Shown here: one piece after another, positions 25,180-32,000 of the stretch
Layout: the number at the start of each line of letters is the position of its first letter
How positions within the stretch are numbered: the first letter of the stretch is position 1
The notes under the pieces: generated by a model
Databases searched by the model: none
What the model saw: only the letters and a program-made list of their open reading frames with translations
Told to the model about the DNA's origin: nothing
Position numbers and translations under genes: made by a program
Source: Corynebacterium amycolatum
Lineage (GTDB): Bacteria > Actinomycetota > Actinomycetes > Mycobacteriales > Mycobacteriaceae
Reading direction: 5' to 3' (one strand)
Length of the DNA stretch: 32,000 nucleotides
NCBI RefSeq assembly: GCF_049243625.1
Contig: NZ_CP046975.1

Positions 25180-27447
25180 ATGGCCAACAGCAAGGCTGTT
25201 GAATTTTTCTTTGATGAGGATTTCGGTATTACCGAGGCCGTTGCTACCATCGACAATGGTGATTTCGGCACCCGCACCATTCGCTTTGAAACGGGTCAGC
25301 TGGCTCGTCAGGCCGATGGTTCGGTGACCACCTACCTGGACGAGGAGACCATGCTCCTGTCCACCGTCACCGCTTCCAACCAGCCCCGCGAGGGCTTTGA
25401 CTTCTTCCCGCTGACCGTCGACGTTGAAGAGCGTATGTACGCTGCGGGCAAGATTCCGGGTTCGTTCTTCCGCCGTGAGGGCCGCCCGTCCACCGACGCC
25501 ATCCTGGCATGTCGTCTGATTGACCGTCCGCTGCGCCCGACCTTCGTCAAGGGCCTGCGCAACGAGGTACAGGTTGTCGTCACCGTCATGTCCTGGGATC
25601 CGAAGGATTGCTACGACGTCGTCGCAATCAACGGCGCGTCAGCTGCAACTCAGCTTTCCGGGCTGCCGGTTTCCGGCGCTGTCGGTGGTGTCCGCATCGC
25701 GCTTGTCGCCGATGACAAGCATCCGGAGGGTGCATGGGTCGCTTTCCCGACCGAGGAGCAGCACGAGCAGGCTCTGTTCGAGATGGTCGTCGCTGGCCGC
25801 ATCGTCACCCGTAAGCGTCGCGGTAAGAACGTCGAAGATGTCGCCATCATGATGGTGGAGGCCGGAGCAGGGGAGACCGTCGTCAAGCGTATTTCTGACG
25901 GCGCACCGGCACCGACTGAGGACATCGTCGCCGCGGGCCTCGAGGCTGCAAAGCCGCACATCAAGGTTCTGTGTGAGGCACAGAAGGGGCTGGCTGAGCG
26001 CGCAGCGAAGGAAACGCAGGAGTTCCCGCTGTTCCCGGCATACAGCGATGAGATTTTTGATGCAGTCGAGAAGAAGTCTGCTAAGAAGCTGGCCAAGCTG
26101 CTCACCATCCCGGGTAAGCAGGATCGAGATGACGCCACCAACGAGTACATGGAGGACGTCGAGGGGCAGCTGCTGGAGCGCTTCGTCTCCGATGATGTCG
26201 ACGAGCAGGCTGCATCTAAGCAGATTCGCGCTGCATACAACGCAGTGATGAAGCAGATTGTCCGTGAGAAGATTCTGGCTGAGGGCTTCCGCATCGATGG
26301 TCGCGGTGTTACCGACATTCGTGACCTGGGCGTTGAGGTCGGCTTGATTCCGCGTGCCCACGGCTCTTCGCTGTTTGAGCGCGGCGAGACCCAGATTCTG
26401 GGTGTCACCACTTTGGACATGCTGAAGATGGAACAGCAGATTGACTCGCTGACCCCGGTTACTTCCAAGCGCTACATCCATCACTACAACTTCCCGCCGT
26501 ACTCCACCGGCGAGACCGGTCGTGTTGGCTCTCCGAAGCGCCGCGAGATTGGTCACGGGGCACTGGCTGAGCGCGCTCTGCTGCCGGTCGTGCCGTCCCG
26601 TGAGGAGTTCCCGTATACCATTCGCCAGGTCTCCGAGGCCCTTGGATCTAATGGTTCGACGTCCATGGGTTCGGTCTGTGCTTCGACTCTGTCGCTGTAC
26701 AACGCCGGTGTGCCGCTGAAGGCTCCGGTTGCCGGTATCGCCATGGGCCTGGTTTCCGGCGAGGTTGACGGTGAGAACCGCTTCGTCGCGCTGACCGATA
26801 TCCTCGGTGCCGAGGACGCATTCGGTGACATGGACTTCAAGGTCGCTGGTACTGCGGACTTCATTACCGCACTGCAGCTGGACACCAAGCTCGACGGTAT
26901 TCCGTCGAAGGTTCTGGCCGATGCCCTGTCCCAGGCTCGTGACGCACGTCTGGCCATCCTGTCCACCATGGCCGAGGTCATCGAGTCTCCGGACGAGATG
27001 AGCGGTCTTGCTCCGAAGATCACCACCGTTAAGGTTCCGGCGTCCAAGATCGGTGAGCTCATCGGCCCGAAGGGCAAGACAATCAACGGCATCACCGAGG
27101 AAACCGGTGCTGATATCTCCATCGAGGACGATGGCACCGTATTTGTCTCGGCAACTTCCGGTAAGGCTGCGGACGCTGCAATTGAGCAGATTAATGCAAT
27201 CGCTAACCCGCAACTGCCGAAGGTGGGCGAGCGCTACCTGGGAACTGTCGTGAAGACTGTCGCTTTCGGTGCTTTCGTCTCCCTGACTCCGGGCCGTGAC
27301 GGTCTGATTCACATTTCCAAGCTCGGTGGCGACAAGCGCATCGAGAAGGTTGAGGATGTCATCAATGTCGGCGACAAGATTCAGGTCGAAATCGCTGATA
27401 TCGACAACCGCGGCAAGATTTCGTTGGTTCCAGTCGAGGACGACTAA
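25180..27447 (+). CDS. pnp: polyribonucleotide nucleotidyltransferase (PNPase / GpsI)
   Basis: ATG at 25180 has AGGAG 10 nt upstream. [28 protein letters not shown] is the typical N-terminus. Two RNase PH domains are present, followed by KH ([17 protein letters not shown]) and S1 ([15 protein letters not shown]) domains. Confidence 0.97.
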   Translation: MANSKAVEFFFDEDFGITEAVATIDNGDFGTRTIRFETGQLARQADGSVTTYLDEETMLLSTVTASNQPREGFDFFPLTVDVEERMYAAGKIPGSFFRREGRPSTDAILACRLIDRPLRPTFVKGLRNEVQVVVTVMSWDPKDCYDVVAINGASAATQLSGLPVSGAVGGVRIALVADDKHPEGAWVAFPTEEQHEQALFEMVVAGRIVTRKRRGKNVEDVAIMMVEAGAGETVVKRISDGAPAPTEDIVAAGLEAAKPHIKVLCEAQKGLAERAAKETQEFPLFPAYSDEIFDAVEKKSAKKLAKLLTIPGKQDRDDATNEYMEDVEGQLLERFVSDDVDEQAASKQIRAAYNAVMKQIVREKILAEGFRIDGRGVTDIRDLGVEVGLIPRAHGSSLFERGETQILGVTTLDMLKMEQQIDSLTPVTSKRYIHHYNFPPYSTGETGRVGSPKRREIGHGALAERALLPVVPSREEFPYTIRQVSEALGSNGSTSMGSVCASTLSLYNAGVPLKAPVAGIAMGLVSGEVDGENRFVALTDILGAEDAFGDMDFKVAGTADFITALQLDTKLDGIPSKVLADALSQARDARLAILSTMAEVIESPDEMSGLAPKITTVKVPASKIGELIGPKGKTINGITEETGADISIEDDGTVFVSATSGKAADAAIEQINAIANPQLPKVGERYLGTVVKTVAFGAFVSLTPGRDGLIHISKLGGDKRIEKVEDVINVGDKIQVEIADIDNRGKISLVPVEDD

Positions 27448-27502
27448 TGCTTGGCGACGGAGGATGTGCTGTATGTAGCCTCCGACAACGCGAGTAGCGA
27501 TG

Positions 27503-27545
27503 GCGCGGTTAGGTCACAAATTGACCTAACCGCGCTTTTTGTTTT
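27503..27545 (+). terminator. strong intrinsic terminator after pnp
   Basis: GCGCGGTTAGGTCA - caaat - TGACCTAACCGCGC forms a perfect 14-bp stem, followed by TTTTTGTTTT. Confidence 0.85.
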
Positions 27546-27605
27546 GGGTTAATCTCGGGTTTCGAAGGGATTAATTTTCGAACCCACGTGGAAGGTGATT
27601 TGCGC

Positions 27606-28562
27606 ATGCAACTTGTCGCGCACGATCATGAATTCATCGACATTTCCGCCGGTGACTACGTCGCAAGTATTTCCCAGTTCGGTGGTGGCCCGAGATCACT
27701 GGAGTACTGTGGTCTGCCACTGCTGACAGACTATCCCAAGGGATTCAATCCACCGTTGTCCGCAGGTACGCTCCTGGCTCCGTGGCCGAACAGGGTCGCT
27801 GACGGAGTGTTTATCTTCGGTGGGGAAGTCCATCGGTTAGATATTTCGGAGCCGTCCCGGGCGAATGCTATTCACGGGTTTGTTGCAGATCGCATTTGGA
27901 CCGTGGTCGATGCTGATGACAGCAGCGTCACCTTGCATGTGGAAGTTGAGCCGCAGTCGGGCTGGCCTTGGGAACTCGGTATGACCGTGCGTTGGCAAGT
28001 CACCGCTACAGACGGCCTATCGGCTGAGTTCACAGTGCATAATCGCAGCGATAGGGAGTGCCCGTTTGGTCTGGGCTGGCATCCTTACCTAAGCGCTTTG
28101 GGCGCTGATTTCGACAGTTGCACACTTCGGTTGCCCGTTGATAAAAACCTGCCACTGGAACCAATTCGAAACCTGCCCGCTGGCCCAGCGGTGCCAGCGG
28201 AGACAGTGATTCCCAGCCTTCGAGAGGGAGTATCTCTGGATGGACTGTGGCTGGATCACTGCTTCCTTGCTGCCGAGGAAACAGCCGAGAATGGCTCACC
28301 GCGCCGTCGTGAAGCGCATTTGGTTGGACCAAATGGCAAGGGTGCTGTGCTCTGGGCCGATGATGAATTCCGGTTCTTCCAGGTCTATGTTGCCGACGCT
28401 GGACGACGAGAAGGATTCCCTGGGCACGGGAATGCGATTGCGGTGGAACCAATGACATGTCCGCCAGATGCGCTCCGCTCCGGAACCGGGTTGCTGCGAC
28501 TTCAGGCTGGAGAGACAAAAACTCTTGCCATGGGACTGCGCGCGGAGACGGGCGGAAAATAG
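27606..28562 (+). CDS. aldose 1-epimerase family protein (probable galactose mutarotase)
   Basis: LLAPWPNRVADG ... NAIHGFV ... GWHPYL are aldose-epimerase family motifs. ATG at 27606 is preceded by GAAGG. GTG at 27588 is an alternative start. Confidence 0.8.
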   Translation: MQLVAHDHEFIDISAGDYVASISQFGGGPRSLEYCGLPLLTDYPKGFNPPLSAGTLLAPWPNRVADGVFIFGGEVHRLDISEPSRANAIHGFVADRIWTVVDADDSSVTLHVEVEPQSGWPWELGMTVRWQVTATDGLSAEFTVHNRSDRECPFGLGWHPYLSALGADFDSCTLRLPVDKNLPLEPIRNLPAGPAVPAETVIPSLREGVSLDGLWLDHCFLAAEETAENGSPRRREAHLVGPNGKGAVLWADDEFRFFQVYVADAGRREGFPGHGNAIAVEPMTCPPDALRSGTGLLRLQAGETKTLAMGLRAETGGK

Positions 28563-28844
28563 TTTTACTCAGCTCAGAGGACTGCAGCCCCCTCAACTGG
28601 GTTAAATCCGTCTTAATTAATTCACCTTGAATTAAGAAAGGAAACTACACTAGGGGACGAATGTAAAAGAATAGGTCTTCCTTTTGTGCAGGGTAGTGGC
28701 GATTTGCCCCTACGGTTTGCGGTAGGTCTAGCCACTTTCATGGCCATTGTTGGGCGTGCGCCATATCAGGTGCCGAAATAAGGGAAATCCCTATTCGTGC
28801 ATTTTCTGAATACGTATCAACCGCCTAACCGCAAGGAGGCCGTC

Positions 28845-30506
28845 GTGATAGTGGCGCAATCAGCCTTAAGACTCGACGCGACATGGGTGGATTACTCCAT
28901 CGTTGCTCTGTACTTCCTATTCGTCCTCGGTATTGGCTGGGCTGCACGAGCCAAAGTGTCCAGCTCCATTGACTTTTTCCTCTCGGGGCGCTCACTGCCG
29001 GCTTGGGTGACGGGGTTGGCGTTCATCTCAGCCAATCTCGGTGCCGTGGAAATCGTGGGCATGTCCGCAAATGGTGTGCAATACGGTTTCCAGACCATGC
29101 ACTACTTCTGGATTGGTGCCGTCCCAGCCATGGTGTTTTTGGGCATTGTCATGATGCCCTTCTACTATGGCTCCAAGGTTCGCTCAGTTCCGGAGTTCAT
29201 GCTGCGTCGTTTTGGTCCCGGTGCACACCTGGTCAATGCAATCTCTTTCGCTATCGCGCAGCTGCTGATTGCAGGCATTAACCTTCTGCTTCTGGCCAAA
29301 GTGGTCAATGCGCTACTCGGCTGGCCGCTGTGGCTGACGTTGGTAGTCGCCGCAGTCATCGTGCTGTCCTACATCACGCTGGGCGGACTGTCCGCAGCAA
29401 TCTACAACGAGGTACTTCAGTTCTTCGTGATTGTCGCAGCTCTGTTGCCACTGACTCTGATCGGCCTGCACAGCGTCGGCGGATGGTCCGGGCTGAAGGA
29501 AAAAGTTGCCACTGAATCGCACTTCCACACTTGGCCGGGCACGGATATTTCCGGTTTTGATAACCCCGTGATTTCCGTCATTGGACTGGTCTTTGGCCTC
29601 GGCTTCGTGCTGTCGTTTGGCTACTGGACAACCAACTTCGTGGAAGTTCAGCGCTCCATGGCCGCCGACTCACTGTCGGCCGCCCGCAAGACTCCAATCA
29701 TCGGTGCTTTCCCGAAGATGTTCATCCCGTTCATCGTCGTGCTGCCGGGCATGATCGCCGGCGCCACCGTCGCACCCATCATGGATCAGACCGCCAAGCC
29801 TAACGACGCAATTCTGTACCTAATGAGAGATCTGCTTCCCAACGGCCTGCTGGGCATCGCTATTGCAGGGCTGCTAGCAGCTTTTATGGCAGGTATGGCG
29901 GCGAATATTTCCGCGTTCAATACAGTCTTTAGCTACGACATTTGGCAGACCTACGTCGTGAAGAATCGAGCAGATGATTACTACCTCAAGGTTGGCCGTA
30001 TCGCTACCATTGGCGCGACCGGCATCGCAGTGTTCACCGCACTGATTGCCGATAATTTCGGCAATGTCATGGACTACTTGCAGACTCTATTCGGCTTCTT
30101 CAACGCACCGTTGTTCGCTACCTTCCTTATCGGTATGTTCTGGAAGCGCATGACGCCGACAGCAGGTTGGACGTCTCTGCTTGCAGGAACGGGCGCTGCA
30201 ATCTTGTACTGGTACATCTCCGAGTTCACGTCGGCAAGCGCAACTATCTTTGAGCTACCGGGGCAGGGCACTGCGTTCGCTGCCGCCTCCGTGGCATTCG
30301 TCGTCGATATTGTGGTGGCCGTCGTCGTTTCTCTCATGACAAGGCCGAAACCCGATGAGGAGCTGGTCGGTTTCGTCAAATCCGTCACCCCAAAGGCTCA
30401 CTTCACAGACGCTGCTGAGGCAGAGCTGCCATTGCTACAGCGAACTGTTCCGCTGGGTATCTTGTGCCTGGTGATGGCCGTAGTTCTCAACATCGTTTTC
30501 GCATAG
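28845..30506 (+). CDS. sodium:solute symporter (SSS/SGLT family); substrate possibly galactose or another sugar, judged from context
   Basis: About 13-14 TM segments. The SSS N-terminal signature is DFFLSGRSLPAWVTGLAFISANLGAVEIVG. GTG at 28845 has AAGGAGG 5 nt upstream, which I prefer over the ORF-track start at 28797. Confidence 0.85.
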   Translation: MIVAQSALRLDATWVDYSIVALYFLFVLGIGWAARAKVSSSIDFFLSGRSLPAWVTGLAFISANLGAVEIVGMSANGVQYGFQTMHYFWIGAVPAMVFLGIVMMPFYYGSKVRSVPEFMLRRFGPGAHLVNAISFAIAQLLIAGINLLLLAKVVNALLGWPLWLTLVVAAVIVLSYITLGGLSAAIYNEVLQFFVIVAALLPLTLIGLHSVGGWSGLKEKVATESHFHTWPGTDISGFDNPVISVIGLVFGLGFVLSFGYWTTNFVEVQRSMAADSLSAARKTPIIGAFPKMFIPFIVVLPGMIAGATVAPIMDQTAKPNDAILYLMRDLLPNGLLGIAIAGLLAAFMAGMAANISAFNTVFSYDIWQTYVVKNRADDYYLKVGRIATIGATGIAVFTALIADNFGNVMDYLQTLFGFFNAPLFATFLIGMFWKRMTPTAGWTSLLAGTGAAILYWYISEFTSASATIFELPGQGTAFAAASVAFVVDIVVAVVVSLMTRPKPDEELVGFVKSVTPKAHFTDAAEAELPLLQRTVPLGILCLVMAVVLNIVFA

Positions 30507-30522
30507 GAGCTAGTGAGAAATC

Positions 30523-30804
30523 ATGTCACGGACGCAAAACAACTCAACTGTAAAAGCGACTGTCAGCGCCGGTAAAAAGAAAGCAGGTGCCTTTGACATT
30601 CGCAACGTCATTGGGGCGATGCTTGGTCTTTACGGCATCATTTTGCTGCTATCGTGGTTGTTCCTCGATCCTGGGGTCAACCCTGAGACCAATGTTGCCA
30701 AAGAGCCGACGTATAACCTGTACAGCGGAATAGCCCTGCTCCTCTTTGCAATCGTTTTCTATGCCTGGGCAAAACTACGCCCAACGGTTGTCGAAGAATC
30801 ATAA
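30523..30804 (+). CDS. small 2-TM membrane protein, 93 aa, located between the SSS transporter and galT
   Basis: AGGAG lies 12 nt upstream of the ATG, overlapping the transporter stop. A basic N-terminus is followed by two hydrophobic helices (VIGAMLGLYGIILLLSWLFL and LYSGIALLLFAIVFYAWA). No family was recognised. Confidence 0.55.
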   Translation: MSRTQNNSTVKATVSAGKKKAGAFDIRNVIGAMLGLYGIILLLSWLFLDPGVNPETNVAKEPTYNLYSGIALLLFAIVFYAWAKLRPTVVEES

Positions 30805-30813
30805 GGAGGATAA

Positions 30814-32000
30814 ATGACAACCGACGACCAGCACTCTCACGCTTTTTCGGTAACGCGCACTACGCTTGCCGACGGTCGCGAGCTAATCTACTTCGACGAT
30901 GAACCGGACTATGTCTCGGGCAAGAAGACCCGAAAATTAACCGACGAACGTGATTTGCCACAGGCGATTACAGAGTCGGAGCTGCGCCAAGATCCGCTGA
31001 CAGGTGATTGGTACTGCTACGCGGCACACCGCATGAACCGCACCTTTATGCCTCCTGCTGGCGAGAACCCCTTAGCTCCGACGCTGCCGGGACAACTTCC
31101 CACAGAGGTGCCTGCCAGCGACTACGACGTGGTGGTTTTTGAAAACCGATTCCCATCGCTTTCTATGCACATGGAAGTTCCGGATGACTTTGCTCAGACT
31201 GTCGACGGCGCCGAGATTTTCCCGCGGAAGCCGGCCTTGGCTCGGTGTGAGGTTGTCTGCTTTACCCCGAATGTTTCGGACTCCTTCCGGGATCTGACTT
31301 TCACTCGTGCTCGCACCGTTATTGAAGCGTGGGCGCACCGCACTGCGGAACTCAGCAAGCTCGAAGGTGTGCGGTTGGTGTTCCCCTTTGAAAACAGGGG
31401 CAAGGAAATTGGGGTAACACTGCAGCATCCCCATGGGCAGATTTACTCCTACCCCTATCTGCCATCTCGTGCGGCGGCCATCGCTGCACGCGCGAAGGCT
31501 CACTTTGAAACCACCGGCCGCGACCTTTTTGATGATGTCCTGGAGGCCGAAAAGGCTTCAGGTCGACGAATCATCGCAGAAGGGGAGTACTTCACCGCAT
31601 TCGTCCCAGCTGCAGCTAAGTGGCCAGTCGAAGTCATGCTGATGGCAAATCGCGCTGTCGGTGACTTCCAGGAGCTGACCGATGCGGAAAAGGACGAACT
31701 GGCAGCAATGTATCTTGACCTGCTGCGACGTATTGACCGATTCTTCCCCGGCATCGATAAAACGCCGTACATCGCTGCCTGGAACCAAGCTCCGGTAGGC
31801 GAGGATCACCAGTTTGGGCGCCTCCATTTGCAGCTCTATTCCATGATGCGCTCTGCAGGACGCATGAAATTCCTCGCTGGTTCAGAGTCCGGGCAAGGAG
31901 CCTGGATTTCGGATACAACACCAGAGGCAATCGCTGACCGCTTCCGGGAGCTTGGCCAGACTCGCTGGCTGCGCACTCGTCCCCATAAGCAGGCCGTATC
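30814..32000 (+). CDS. galT: galactose-1-phosphate uridylyltransferase; partial, with the 3' end beyond the window
   Basis: Absent from the ORF track because it has no stop in the window. ATG at 30814 has AAGGAGG 4 nt upstream. The translation contains FENRFPS, the active-site GVTLQHPHGQIYSYPYLP (HxH motif), and RMKFLAGSESG near the end. The frame is still open at 32000. Confidence 0.9.
   Translation, partial: MTTDDQHSHAFSVTRTTLADGRELIYFDDEPDYVSGKKTRKLTDERDLPQAITESELRQDPLTGDWYCYAAHRMNRTFMPPAGENPLAPTLPGQLPTEVPASDYDVVVFENRFPSLSMHMEVPDDFAQTVDGAEIFPRKPALARCEVVCFTPNVSDSFRDLTFTRARTVIEAWAHRTAELSKLEGVRLVFPFENRGKEIGVTLQHPHGQIYSYPYLPSRAAAIAARAKAHFETTGRDLFDDVLEAEKASGRRIIAEGEYFTAFVPAAAKWPVEVMLMANRAVGDFQELTDAEKDELAAMYLDLLRRIDRFFPGIDKTPYIAAWNQAPVGEDHQFGRLHLQLYSMMRSAGRMKFLAGSESGQGAWISDTTPEAIADRFRELGQTRWLRTRPHKQAV

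Noticed and set aside
31072-31930. Several minus-strand ORFs of 69-143 aa at the right end of the window.
   Set aside because: All of them lie antisense to the galT reading frame, which carries the HPH active-site motif. They are high-GC antisense artefacts.

Overview
High-GC actinobacterial chromosome, most likely Corynebacterium (order Mycobacteriales). This assignment is inferred from gene order, which as I recall it matches M. tuberculosis Rv2855..Rv2783c and the C. glutamicum mtr/mqo..rpsO/gpsI region. No database search was possible.

Gene content, left to right:
- mtr (partial, minus strand), an alpha/beta hydrolase, and mqo.
- A small corrinoid/siroheme block: a ChlD-like chelatase split by a frameshift, then cobO, cobB and cysG/cobA.
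- A small membrane protein, yaaA and proS.
- A Tat-lipoprotein with a DUF4439-like ferritin fold.
- The translation/transcription cluster rimP-nusA-ylxR-infB, followed by an orphan gene, then rbfA, nrnA, dinF and pptT.
- truB (inverted relative to its neighbours), ribF, rpsO and pnp.
- An accessory-looking galactose block: an aldose-1-epimerase-like gene, an SSS transporter, a small 2-TM protein, and galT (partial, runs off the right edge).

I saw no rRNA, tRNA, CRISPR array, transposase or integrase. Most of the window is conserved housekeeping, and I found no convincing multi-gene novel system.

Observations most worth a second look:
1. A helically phased array of CATCGA(Y) boxes (spacings 21/32/21/21/21 bp) in an unusually long rpsO-pnp spacer.
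2. About 1.2 kb of lower-GC DNA between infB and rbfA, consisting of a terminator, an orphan 227-aa ORF and 455 bp of non-coding sequence. It splits an operon that is normally contiguous.
3. A +1 frame break at a C5 homopolymer that splits a ChlD-like AAA+/vWA chelatase.
4. Near-identical 60-bp in-frame tandem repeats in the N-terminal region of infB.
5. A literal SigH/SigR-type promoter plus a 12-bp palindrome upstream of mtr.

The long antisense ORFs in the ORF track are treated as high-GC artefacts.
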